DNA of 64,000 bases from Candidatus Taenariivivens baikalensis. GTDB lineage: Bacteria; Omnitrophota; Omnitrophia; Omnitrophales; Aquincolibacteriaceae. Positions 39,841 through 49,288 of the stretch are shown one piece after another; position 1 is the first letter of the stretch; each line of letters begins with the position of its first letter. Under the pieces are notes generated by a model. It searched no databases, was not told the origin of the DNA, and worked only from the letters and a program-made list of their open reading frames with translations. Both the position numbers and the translations under genes were made by a program. The DNA lies in contig SICL01000001.1 in assembly GCA_009691445.1 (NCBI GenBank), positions 65,738 through 129,737 of the forward strand. The letters run 5' to 3'.

Positions 39841-41509
39841 GTAATGGTTTTTCCTCCTCCAAAATAATCACGAGCTCAGGCAGTTGATAGAGAGATAAAA
39901 GCCTGTTAAAATCCTTTAAACCCCATATTTGAATCTTCAGTTCATGAGCAAGCAGCTTTGCGTTCTGTTCAATGCCCTGAAGAGCCACAAGGATTTTCTT
40001 CTGGAACTTTCGCTTTTGGCTCTTTATCTGAAGTAAAAAGGCAGTGACATCCCTTTCCTCTACCCGTCCGGAAAACACCTGGAATCCCCACCGGATTTCC
40101 TTGTAACGTCCAACAACAACCTTCCCCTGGTCCGACAAATTCAAAGCCACGTCGTGAAAATGAGGTAAATGGTATTTCTTTCCATCAAGCTCAACGCTGT
40201 CGCGATGGAATTTTTTCAACAAAATCTCTAAACGAATGACAGGGTCAAGTGCCGCAGAGTCGCAAAAAGAGGCATAAGCTTTGTCCATCGGCAGACGCAT
40301 TTTTTCTTCATCCCTATCACATTCCTGTAAGGATGATTGATAACGAGGCGCATAAACTTCACGAAGCCAAAACCCAAAAAGCGTATCCTCCAAACAGTAA
40401 AAAGACCCATTGCGAACTAAAACGCCTTCCTCTTCTAAACGGCTTAAATGTTTTTTCACGTCCTGCACTTTTTTATTTAAGGCAAGGGCTATTTCTGAAG
40501 TTTTATGGTTGCCACGGCTTACTCCAATTAAAATCCTAGCTCCAAGCACAAACTCTTTCATTGAACGAAGCTGATTTTCCAACCGTCTCTCAAAGAGCAG
40601 CGATAATCTCCCCTGCCGTGAAACCATTTCCTCCGCACAGGCCTGAAGAAGCAGCTGAACCAAACGAGCATCATCGGCATATTGACGAAAAAAATCTTGC
40701 GCTGAGGACTGGAGAGAGATTATTTCCTTATATCGTTGAACGATAAGCTCTTGGTAAAGTGGGAAACCTCCGCAAAATGCGGCCAGGAACTCCCGCCCTG
40801 TTTTGGGTAATGCCGCCGTTGCGGGACTGCTCTCATAAAATTTCTGGCACTCGGCAGTGCTCAAAACGGGTAAATGGAAAATTTCAAAATTACTGAAAAG
40901 CAGGGAAAGCTTCTCACGGAAAATTTCAAGGGCAGCGCGTGGCTGGGAGCTTGTCATCAGAAAAGTCGTTCCCTTTTCAAGCATAATTTCTTTTCCCAAC
41001 AGCCCAAAAACGTCACCTTCAATGACGGTTGAAAGCTCGTGAAATTCATCGATCATTAAGATGATTTTTTTTCCCGTTTCCTCCCCCAAACTACTCGTCA
41101 TAGCAAACAGCTCGCGTACGGTGGTTGTGGGGCGATCACGAGCGACCACCTTTCTTAGGTGGCGAATTTTTTCAAGGGTTTTTGGAATGATTGGATCAGC
41201 GGCTTCCAGAAGAGCCTCGATTGATGTAAGTCGTTCAATGTTCTGATGGGCAAACAATCCCATCAGTAACGACCGGATCCATTTCTCGCATAATGCTTCA
41301 TAATCAAGCGACGGGGCGTGTAGCAGGATAGGAATAAAAGCGCTCTGATCGGATAATTCGCGATAAATCTCAGAGAGGAGTGTTGTTTTTCCGATTCCTT
41401 CGGGACCAATTACACCGAGATTCTGACGGTAGCCATCTTGAAGGGCGAGAATGCGTCTTAGAATACTTTTTTTTATTGTTTCACGCATGTTAAAACTATC
41501 TACCCACAT
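39794..41509 (-). CDS. AAA ATPase (archaeal-ATPase type) with winged helix and C-terminal nuclease-like domain
   Basis: GPEGIGKTT, MIDEFH, GGFPLY, wHTH (SEIALAL...HLSRLEEEG), DTLFGFWL; start 41509 or 41488. Confidence 0.8.
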   Translation of the reverse strand: MWVDSFNMRETIKKSILRRILALQDGYRQNLGVIGPEGIGKTTLLSEIYRELSDQSAFIPILLHAPSLDYEALCEKWIRSLLMGLFAHQNIERLTSIEALLEAADPIIPKTLEKIRHLRKVVARDRPTTTVRELFAMTSSLGEETGKKIILMIDEFHELSTVIEGDVFGLLGKEIMLEKGTTFLMTSSQPRAALEIFREKLSLLFSNFEIFHLPVLSTAECQKFYESSPATAALPKTGREFLAAFCGGFPLYQELIVQRYKEIISLQSSAQDFFRQYADDARLVQLLLQACAEEMVSRQGRLSLLFERRLENQLRSMKEFVLGARILIGVSRGNHKTSEIALALNKKVQDVKKHLSRLEEEGVLVRNGSFYCLEDTLFGFWLREVYAPRYQSSLQECDRDEEKMRLPMDKAYASFCDSAALDPVIRLEILLKKFHRDSVELDGKKYHLPHFHDVALNLSDQGKVVVGRYKEIRWGFQVFSGRVEERDVTAFLLQIKSQKRKFQKKILVALQGIEQNAKLLAHELKIQIWGLKDFNRLLSLYQLPELVIILEEEKPLHETFVGALAQSVYSA

Positions 41510-41681
41510 TTTATGGTGTTTTAAGATGCACGGCAGGAATACCAAAAGAAAATATAATTAAATTCTTCGCTGATCGCCCGCAATATCGATCGACAAGTAT
41601 CATACAATTTTAAGTTTTGAAAGCAAGTATTAAATAGACGAATATCGATGCAACTCGTATTCCCACAAGGAATTAGAAAAA

Positions 41682-43028
41682 CTATAGTTCTAGAGCACCG
41701 GATCGAGAGCCATCAATGATTTTTTTAATCACGGTGGCCAGCTTCAAGCTGTCATGCCGGACCAACACCGTTTCTGATGCGACATCCGCAAAAATAATCT
41801 CTGCACGTGTCTGCGCCTTAAGTCGGCTCCTATCCTTTTCAATCACCGGGTGTTGAAATTTTTGGGCATACATAAGCCGCGATTCCTCGGAAAATGCGGT
41901 GGAGGAACAAATCACGTAATCAAGAACATCCTTTTTAAGGTAATGATTAAGTTCCTTCACGTGATCACTCACCTGAAACCCACTTGTTTCTCCTGGCTTC
42001 GTCATCACGTTACAAATATAGATTTTTTTGGCCGGACAAGCCCGCAACGCTTCCCCCACCCCATCAACAATAAGGTTGCTGATAATACTTGTAAATAAAT
42101 CGCCGGGACCTAGGATAATATACTTCGCATTAAACAAGGCCTCAATCGCATCTGCATTTGCTGAAGTCTTGGGCTCCTGCCATAATTTTACAATTCGGTA
42201 ATCAGAGCCGCCTTCTTCAAGTATCCCGATATTTTTTTCTCCGGTGACAACGCGTCCGTCGTCCATCTGAGCATGAAGCGTGTTGACCATTTCCGTCACC
42301 GGAATAACATTTCCCTGAATATTTAAAATTTCCCCAAGCGACTTAACAGCATCTGCCATTGAACCCCGAATTTCATGAAGGGCCGTCAGCAATAAGTTCC
42401 CAAGATTATGACCCTCCAATCCAGCTCCTTTGCTAAAGCGATACTGCATGAGCTCGTTCAAAAGATCCGGAGCTGTGGAAAGAGCGACTAAGCTGCGGCG
42501 AACATCCCCGGGAGGTAAGATACCAAACATATCTCGCAAGCGGCCCGTGGACCCGCCGTCATCACTCATACTGACAATCGACGTTAAATTTATTCCCGTC
42601 AGTGTTTTGAGCCCAGAAAGGAGGGTGAAAAGCCCCGTACCGCCTCCCAAGCAGGTCATCTGAATATTTTGATGCAGGGACTGCTGGACAATGGACACAA
42701 ATTTGCGCATTGCTATCGGACGGGAAACAACGGTTGTTTGAGAAAAATGCTCCGCTTCCACCCGATGCCGCTCTTCTTCGGTACTCGTTAAAACTAAAGT
42801 GGGCGGTAATTTGAAATTCTCTATTGAGCAACAACGTCTTAGAACTTCACTTGCATTCATGCGCGGCAACTCATAACCAAGAAGAAATAAATCGTATCGG
42901 CTCGTAATTGCTTTCTGAAAGGCGTCAAATCCATTATCGACAATCACCCATTCATAACTAAATCGGGAAAGCGCCCGCTGGATCAACGCGACAAGGGGTT
43001 CATTATTGATAGCGAGTAAGATTTTCAT
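41682..43028 (-). CDS. Atypical receiver domain fused to YvcK/GlmR (UDP-GlcNAc-binding) domain
   Basis: N-terminal REC-like ~115 aa; then LGGGTGL, DDGGSTGRLR, PPGDVRR, GHNLGNL, GPGDLFTSI. Confidence 0.88.
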   Translation of the reverse strand: MKILLAINNEPLVALIQRALSRFSYEWVIVDNGFDAFQKAITSRYDLFLLGYELPRMNASEVLRRCCSIENFKLPPTLVLTSTEEERHRVEAEHFSQTTVVSRPIAMRKFVSIVQQSLHQNIQMTCLGGGTGLFTLLSGLKTLTGINLTSIVSMSDDGGSTGRLRDMFGILPPGDVRRSLVALSTAPDLLNELMQYRFSKGAGLEGHNLGNLLLTALHEIRGSMADAVKSLGEILNIQGNVIPVTEMVNTLHAQMDDGRVVTGEKNIGILEEGGSDYRIVKLWQEPKTSANADAIEALFNAKYIILGPGDLFTSIISNLIVDGVGEALRACPAKKIYICNVMTKPGETSGFQVSDHVKELNHYLKKDVLDYVICSSTAFSEESRLMYAQKFQHPVIEKDRSRLKAQTRAEIIFADVASETVLVRHDSLKLATVIKKIIDGSRSGALEL

Positions 43029-43033
43029 TGAGT

Positions 43034-43126
43034 CTTTTTACGGCTATTTCGAAAAAAAATAGAGGTCCGTAAAAAGGCACCCTCTGGCCCGAGATCAGGT
43101 GCTACTGACGGCGGAATTCCCGGACC
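43034..43126 (-). promoter_or_regulatory. Structured 5' leader, candidate cis-regulatory RNA
   Basis: Inverted repeats 43034-43043/43067-43076, 43044-49/43057-62 and 43077-81/43098-102; competing 43064-69/43121-26. Confidence 0.5.
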
Positions 43127-43201
43127 AAAAAAAAGATCGTTAAACGCAACGCCCTTTTCACAAAAATTCACATCATTAAATAGTGCAGGTAGAAAAAACA
43201 A

Positions 43202-44680
43202 TTAAATCAAAGGGAAGGTAACGCTAACGGTTGTTCCCTGAAGAAGATGGCTGTGGAGGGTGATAGTTCCTCGATGCGCGTCGCAAATGGCCTTGACAAT
43301 ATTAAGCCCCAGACCTGAACCCTCAAATTGCCGGGCTGACTCGGTGCGGTAAAAGCGAGAAAAAAGTTTCGGGATTTTTTCCGGCTCAATGCCCATCCCA
43401 GTATCCTGGATTTCAACGCGGGTCAGGTTTTTATCTCGAACAAGGCGGAGGGTCACCGATCCTCCCTCCGGAGTAAATTTGATCGCATTATCCACTAAAT
43501 TACTAAATAGGCGCTTGAGATAAACAGCATCACCCTTAATAACAACATCGTCTTGAAGAAAAGATTCTAAGTGGATTGATTTTTGAGCTGCTCGTTCCTT
43601 AAACCGCTCAACAGCAAGTACTAAGGCCGAAGAAAGAGACACCTCGAGCATTTCAAATCGAAGTTGTTTTGCGTCGGTTCGAACCAAAAAGATCAGATCA
43701 TCCACCAGACGAATTAATTCGTTAACTTCGCCTTCGATGACTCTCAAGGTTTTGGTCAAATCCTCCGCCGAGCGTACACGCCTTAAGGCTAAGTCGATTT
43801 CACCACGAATAATCGCAAGAGGCGTTCTTAGCTCATGGGAAATATCCGAACTAAAATCACGAATCATTGTCTTTGAAGCTTCAATGCGGTCCATCATTTC
43901 ATTAAGGGTTTCGGCAAGACGATCCAGTTCATCCCCACGATGCGTTCGCGGAAGCCGTCCGCGAATATCCGGTCCCGTAATTTGACGGGCTTCACGAATC
44001 ATCAGATCAAGCGGACGAAAGGATCTTTTAGCCATAAACCATCCGGCCATAAATGCCAACCCCAGCGCCATGGGAATAGAAATACTAAAAATGATCAGAA
44101 GACGATGAAGTGTGTTCCTGACTTCCTGGATGGACACACCGCACTGAATGATGAAAAGCGGGACATCCTGGTGGCGGACAAGACGATAATACAGGCGGAC
44201 AGGAATTTTACGAAAATGAATGGTCTGAAAAGACTTTCCTTGTTCGAGGAAAAAACTGTCCCGCTCAAAGTCCGGAAAAATAACCTCTTCTTCCCACCGT
44301 TTGAGATTCATAATCAACGGTTCATGGTCCAACCCGAGAAGACGAATCATCATTTGACTGCGGGCTACTTTTTTGCCGGCTCCTTCCCAGCGCTGAATCG
44401 CCGCAGCTAATTTCGCTTTGATCGGGGGAACAAAATAGAGGGAGGTGTTCATCCGGTGATGCTGGCTCTCAATCCTGGCGCCGGTAAAAATCGATGCCAA
44501 ATCCTTTTGCAGCGATTCCTCAATATTGATTGCCTCAGTCAAAAGAATCTGATCCGCATCACGGTAAAGAGCACGCGATAATTCCAGGTACATAAATACC
44601 GCGAAAATTGTCAAAAAGATGCTAAGAATGAAGGTATACCAAAGTGTCAGGCGAAGCTTGACGGATTGAAAATAAATCAT
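43202..44680 (-). CDS. HAMP sensor histidine kinase (CusS/CzcS-like)
   Basis: Two TMs, HAMP (GDELDRLAETLNEM), SHELRTPL, NLVDNAIKF, DTGMG, GSGLGL. Confidence 0.95.
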   Translation of the reverse strand: MIYFQSVKLRLTLWYTFILSIFLTIFAVFMYLELSRALYRDADQILLTEAINIEESLQKDLASIFTGARIESQHHRMNTSLYFVPPIKAKLAAAIQRWEGAGKKVARSQMMIRLLGLDHEPLIMNLKRWEEEVIFPDFERDSFFLEQGKSFQTIHFRKIPVRLYYRLVRHQDVPLFIIQCGVSIQEVRNTLHRLLIIFSISIPMALGLAFMAGWFMAKRSFRPLDLMIREARQITGPDIRGRLPRTHRGDELDRLAETLNEMMDRIEASKTMIRDFSSDISHELRTPLAIIRGEIDLALRRVRSAEDLTKTLRVIEGEVNELIRLVDDLIFLVRTDAKQLRFEMLEVSLSSALVLAVERFKERAAQKSIHLESFLQDDVVIKGDAVYLKRLFSNLVDNAIKFTPEGGSVTLRLVRDKNLTRVEIQDTGMGIEPEKIPKLFSRFYRTESARQFEGSGLGLNIVKAICDAHRGTITLHSHLLQGTTVSVTFPLI

Positions 44681-45354
44681 TCAGGGAGGAGACGGTATCC
44701 AGCTCCCCGGATGGTCTCAATACGGCCAGGGCCTTCCAGCGAATCAATTTTTTTCCGTAAAAAATTAATATAAACGTCAATGGTATTGCTCATAGGATCA
44801 AAGCTCTGATCCCACACATGCTCTGCAATCTGAGTGCGAGTTACGACGTCCCCTTTATGACGGATTAAAAACTCCAGTAAAGAGAATTCCTTTTGGGAAA
44901 GTATAATCACTTTCTCGTTTATCCTGACTTCCCGGGACAGTAAATCCATACATAAATTACCCTGAATAAGCTGGGATTCTTTCTGAATATCATGCGGGCG
45001 ACGCAGCATAGCACGCATCCGGGCAAGCAGTTCGTCAAACGCAAACGGCTTTGTTAAATAGTCATCCGCTCCTCCATCGAGCCCTTGTATTTTTTCCTCA
45101 ACGGCATCTTTCGCAGTGAGAATAATAATGGGTGTCTTCAATTTCTTTTCGCGCACCTTTTTACAGAGCGCCAGACCATCGAGCTTCGGAAGCATCCAAT
45201 CCAGAATCATGAGATCGTAGGAATTTTTATTCACTAACGCCAACCCTTCTTCACCATCAAAGGCTGTATCCACGCCATATCCTTCTTCACTGAGACCTCT
45301 CTCAATAAAACTCGACATTTTCTTTTCATCTTCGACAAGTAGAACACGCATCAT
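44677..45354 (-). CDS. OmpR-family response regulator
   Basis: LVEDE, ILDWMLP, DYLTKPF, wHTH IETIRGAGY. Confidence 0.96.
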   Translation of the reverse strand: MMRVLLVEDEKKMSSFIERGLSEEGYGVDTAFDGEEGLALVNKNSYDLMILDWMLPKLDGLALCKKVREKKLKTPIIILTAKDAVEEKIQGLDGGADDYLTKPFAFDELLARMRAMLRRPHDIQKESQLIQGNLCMDLLSREVRINEKVIILSQKEFSLLEFLIRHKGDVVTRTQIAEHVWDQSFDPMSNTIDVYINFLRKKIDSLEGPGRIETIRGAGYRLLPE

Positions 45355-46457
45355 TTTAACCTTTCCTTTTTCGTAAACCTCAATGGCTGATATGAAGCTA
45401 ATTGCGGTACTATCTTACCTGATACAATGGATTTTGCTAAAAGTTTTCCAGCATAGACACCAAATAGAATACCACTGCGATAATATCCTCCGGCAACATA
45501 GAGACCTGAAGTCGCCGTTTCCCCAATCACGGGAAGCTGATCCTTTGTCCTGGGGCGCAAGCCGGACCACATCGAGGTGACCGCGCAGAGCCGGATATCC
45601 GGCCAAAAACGTTCAACCCCTGACATTATACTAGCAACACCCGCCCGCGTTACTCGCGAACAATACCCTGCTTTTTCAGTGGTCGTACCGATTAAATACT
45701 GATGACTATCCCACGGAACGACGTAATGATGCTCCAAATTATGAAGGATTTTATCTAAAAAAATCTTTTTTGATTTAACGAGGACAATCTGCCCCCGTAT
45801 TGGCGTCAGCGCTGGAAAATGCCGGGAGAGAGAAAGATCTCGCCCCCAGCTGCCCAATGCGTTCACCAACGCTGAGGACTCATAAGTGTTGGTCCCGGAA
45901 AGAGCGACGTAAATTTTCGTATTCTTTTCTTTCCGGAAGCGAATAGGCGCTTTATCAGTCCACGCAAATTTTACACCGAGTTGCTTGGCTAGGGCAAGCA
46001 GCCCATCCATGTACTGATGCGGGTAGACACGCCCCATCGTAGGATAGTGGATCCCACGGGATGTCCACTCGACAGGAATTACCGTTTTTTTCTGCCAGGT
46101 AAAACGTCTCTTTAACTCGTCTTCATCCTGGGCAGATAAGGCCGCATAAATCATCCCGGTTTTTTTATACCCCACATTTAATTTAGTCTCGGACTCAATC
46201 CAGCCGATATTTTTTTCATATTCCTGAAAAGCAGGAATCGTGAGGGTCAACAGGGGGTGATTCGGTTCACGGATTTGGAGAAAGGGATCGAGAATTCCCG
46301 CAGCAGCACGTGACGCCTCACCCGGAACCCGGCGCTTGGACATCACCAAAACCTTAAGACCCTCCCGGCGCAACTCAAGAGCAACTCCAATGCCCGCGAC
46401 GCCCGCCCCTAAGACGATAACGTCAAACTGATTCTGTCGGCGGATAATAAAAGGCAT
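45351..46457 (-). CDS. Glycine oxidase ThiO-like FAD-dependent oxidoreductase
   Basis: GAGVAG, ASRAAAGIL, PIRGQ, WSGLRP, GYYRSGIL. Confidence 0.8.
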   Translation of the reverse strand: MPFIIRRQNQFDVIVLGAGVAGIGVALELRREGLKVLVMSKRRVPGEASRAAAGILDPFLQIREPNHPLLTLTIPAFQEYEKNIGWIESETKLNVGYKKTGMIYAALSAQDEDELKRRFTWQKKTVIPVEWTSRGIHYPTMGRVYPHQYMDGLLALAKQLGVKFAWTDKAPIRFRKEKNTKIYVALSGTNTYESSALVNALGSWGRDLSLSRHFPALTPIRGQIVLVKSKKIFLDKILHNLEHHYVVPWDSHQYLIGTTTEKAGYCSRVTRAGVASIMSGVERFWPDIRLCAVTSMWSGLRPRTKDQLPVIGETATSGLYVAGGYYRSGILFGVYAGKLLAKSIVSGKIVPQLASYQPLRFTKKERLK

Positions 46458-46460
46458 TGA

Positions 46461-48539
46461 TTATCTCAAAAAATTACGCAGTGCATCCCGGCTGAAGATC
46501 GGAAGCTGACAGGTTTGATTGCGGCAAATATAGACCGCAGCGGCTTCCACGCTTGCTTCAAGTGAAGGAATCCACGGAACTAATGTCTTTAACTCAGAAT
46601 AATCATTTGGACCTGCACACACAACCAATATTTTGTTCGGAAAATATTTTGTTTGAATCTCCCGAAGCAATCCATTTTCCCCGTACAAACTTTCTTGAAG
46701 AGACAACACAACGAACTCACTCCCCTCCTGAAAAAGGTCGCGACTCATGAGCAACCAGGGAAAGGCACTGGGATGAGCTTGTCGATTTTTCTCTACAGAT
46801 AGAAGAGTTTTTCGTGCAGCCTCTCCAAAAACGGATTCCCCACAAATTCTTGCTAGGCGCGCCAAAACCCAGGCACTCACCGAGTTAGAAGAAGGCACCG
46901 CTCCATCATAATAGTCTTTAGTTAGCGCAATAAGCTTTTCGCTATCCTTCGCCGTATAGAAAAAGCCTCCAGCTTCCACATCTTCGAAGAGGTCGAGCAT
47001 CTGATAGGCCAGCCGCTTTGCTTCTTTAAGCCATTTGAGTTTAAAGGTGGCTTCATAAAGATCCAGAAGTCCAAGGATCAAATAGGCATAATCTTCATGA
47101 CAGGCTGGGCCGGACGTCTCACCATCGCGAAAACGACGCAGCAAGCGCCCTTCGATTTGTATCCGGGATAAAACAAAATCTGCAGCACGGGAAGCTATCT
47201 CCGCATACGATGAATCACCAAGGGCTGAAGCCCCTAAAGCAAAGGCGGAAATCATGAGGCCGTTCCAACCGGTCAAAATCTTGTCATCTGTCAAGGGAGG
47301 AATACGTTTTTTCCTTTCGTGGTAAACTTTCCCGCGCATGACTTGAATCTGTGCTCTGAAACTCTCGACGGACATTCCTTGACGAGCCGCATAGGATTCC
47401 AGATCTTCTTGCACCCGCAAAATGGACGTAGCATGTTCAAAATTTCCTTGCGGGGTCACATCGTAATACAGGTTAAAGATTTGGGCGTCAGGATCACCCA
47501 GAATCGCTTTAGTTTCTGAGGAATTCCAGACATAAAATTTCCCTTCGATGCCTTCGCTGTCCGCATCCTGCGCAGAAAAAAAGCCGCCCTCTGGATGCGT
47601 CATATCACGGCTAACATAGTTCAAAATATCGCGGGCAACTTCAGAATAAAATGGCGTTTGAGTGACTTGCCAGGCTTCAAGATAAACCCGGGTAAGGATG
47701 GCCTGATCATAGAGCATCTTTTCAAAATGAGGCGCAAGCCATTCCCCATCCGTAGAATAACGGTGAAAACCGCCGCCGAGCTGGTCATACATTCCACCGC
47801 GAGCCATTTTCTGAAGGGTGTGCTCCACCATTTGAAGGGCTTCTTTATTTTTAGAGCGTTTGCTGTACCAAAGCAAAAAAGAAAGATTATGGCCTGATGG
47901 AAATTTAGGCGCTTGACCAAACCCTCCGTGCACAGGGTCATACATCATCCGGTAATTGTGAAAAGCTTTTTCCATTGCCGCAGAAATATCCGGCATTGTG
48001 TCCGCAGATGCATTAGTAGGTTGGAGCGCATAGGAAATCTTTTCGGAAGATTCTAAAATTTCAACCCGACGCTCCTGCCAAAGGCCTGCAATTCTTGGTA
48101 GAAGATTTTTCATACCAGCACGGCCCCAGCGATCCTCAGGCGGAAAATAGCTCCCACCCATAAAGGGTTTTAAATCTGGCGTCAAAAAAACTGTCAGTGG
48201 CCAGCCTCCGGACTGATTCATTGCTTGTACCGCTGACATATAAACATGATCAATATCCGGCCGTTCCTCCCGGTCAACCTTTACGGAAATAAAATCTTTG
48301 TTCAGCAAGGCTGCGATTTCTTCGTTCTCGAAGGATTCTCGTTCCATCACATGGCACCAGTGGCAAGTGGAATAACCAATCGACAGAAATATTACCTTAT
48401 TCTCGGTTCTTGCCTTGGCCCACGCTTCGGGACCCCAAGGAAACCAGCTCACAGGATTATGGGCATGCTGGAGAAGATAAGGGCTTTTTTCTAAAATAAG
48501 ACGGTTAGTATAAACAGGCTCTGACGATTGCATAAACAC
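46461..48539 (-). CDS. YyaL/SSP411 thioredoxin-domain protein
   Basis: [45 protein letters not shown]. Confidence 0.95.
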   Translation of the reverse strand: MFMQSSEPVYTNRLILEKSPYLLQHAHNPVSWFPWGPEAWAKARTENKVIFLSIGYSTCHWCHVMERESFENEEIAALLNKDFISVKVDREERPDIDHVYMSAVQAMNQSGGWPLTVFLTPDLKPFMGGSYFPPEDRWGRAGMKNLLPRIAGLWQERRVEILESSEKISYALQPTNASADTMPDISAAMEKAFHNYRMMYDPVHGGFGQAPKFPSGHNLSFLLWYSKRSKNKEALQMVEHTLQKMARGGMYDQLGGGFHRYSTDGEWLAPHFEKMLYDQAILTRVYLEAWQVTQTPFYSEVARDILNYVSRDMTHPEGGFFSAQDADSEGIEGKFYVWNSSETKAILGDPDAQIFNLYYDVTPQGNFEHATSILRVQEDLESYAARQGMSVESFRAQIQVMRGKVYHERKKRIPPLTDDKILTGWNGLMISAFALGASALGDSSYAEIASRAADFVLSRIQIEGRLLRRFRDGETSGPACHEDYAYLILGLLDLYEATFKLKWLKEAKRLAYQMLDLFEDVEAGGFFYTAKDSEKLIALTKDYYDGAVPSSNSVSAWVLARLARICGESVFGEAARKTLLSVEKNRQAHPSAFPWLLMSRDLFQEGSEFVVLSLQESLYGENGLLREIQTKYFPNKILVVCAGPNDYSELKTLVPWIPSLEASVEAAAVYICRNQTCQLPIFSRDALRNFLR

Positions 48540-48548
48540 CTCTTGGTC

Positions 48549-48578
48549 AGTATAGTCAAAACCTACGGTTCAAGGCAA
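48549..48578 (-). promoter_or_regulatory. Possible sigma70 promoter for the yyaL operon
   Basis: Minus strand TTGCCT, 18 bp, TATACT; 9 nt before GTG 48539. Confidence 0.4.
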
Positions 48579-48604
48579 AATAAAAAGTGCCGATTATCAG
48601 AAAC

Positions 48605-48988
48605 ATGAAAAAGAGTCTTTTATTGACAACACTCCTGCTCCCGCTCTTATCAACTGGCTGTGTGGGATACGATGTGCCGCCACGCATTTTTCACTGGAAA
48701 CCCTTTCGCTTACTGCGAAGCAGCGAGCAAGTCGGGCGAGATCAGGTGACAAATCGCTTATTTGTGGCCGTAAAGGCTTATCCTCTCAGAGGCCGATTTT
48801 CAAATGAGGTTTTGAGCTTTTTAGGACAGCCGCAGGAAATTAAGATCCTTGAACGCGGCGTTTCGGAAGATTGGCTTTATATTTATTACAAACCCCATCT
48901 CAAGGAAAGGATTGACTCGGAGGAGGGATCCTTCCTGGTAAGATTCTATAACGATAAAGTGATTGATGTCGTCAGGGACGTGGTTTAG
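48605..48988 (+). CDS. Lipoprotein, BamE/SmpA-like fold possible
   Basis: Lipobox LSTG-C; EVLSFLGQP...EDWLY...VRFYNDKV pattern. Confidence 0.65.
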   Translation: MKKSLLLTTLLLPLLSTGCVGYDVPPRIFHWKPFRLLRSSEQVGRDQVTNRLFVAVKAYPLRGRFSNEVLSFLGQPQEIKILERGVSEDWLYIYYKPHLKERIDSEEGSFLVRFYNDKVIDVVRDVV

Positions 48989-49001
48989 TCTCCGTTTTTC
49001 G

Positions 49002-49280
49002 TCAGCAATCTGCTTGGATCACAAGGTCAAGAGAAGACAAACGATTGATAAACGACAAGGCATCTTTCTCCGCCTGCTGAAGACTCACTTCAAAGGTATG
49101 GGTCAAGTGATCAATCACATCAGAGACAGCGAAATGACCGTCAAGGCAAATCCAGATTTCCGTCGCGACGGTATCAAACTGAAACACCTTTCCCTCTGCA
49201 TCATCCACTAAAACGGCCCGATCTTCGATAATCTTCCAGCTTATATCATCCCGTCTCTTAAAAATATCCGCCTTTTTCAT
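49002..49280 (-). CDS. PqqD family protein (RiPP recognition element)
   Basis: 92 aa; FQFDTVATEIWICLDG..VSDVIDHL..TFEVS..QAEKDALSFINRL. Confidence 0.88.
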   Translation of the reverse strand: MKKADIFKRRDDISWKIIEDRAVLVDDAEGKVFQFDTVATEIWICLDGHFAVSDVIDHLTHTFEVSLQQAEKDALSFINRLSSLDLVIQADC

Positions 49281-49288
49281 GGAATTTC

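Noticed and set aside
43029-43201. glmS ribozyme, fluoride or c-di-GMP riboswitch, or tRNA in the yvcK leader
   Set aside because: The hallmark sequences of these families and a cloverleaf were not found; kept only as an unassigned structured leader.
48605-48988. Adjacent lipoprotein as substrate or member of the RRE cassette
   Set aside because: It is convergent, separately transcribed and looks like a folded BamE/SmpA-like protein; only proximity links it.
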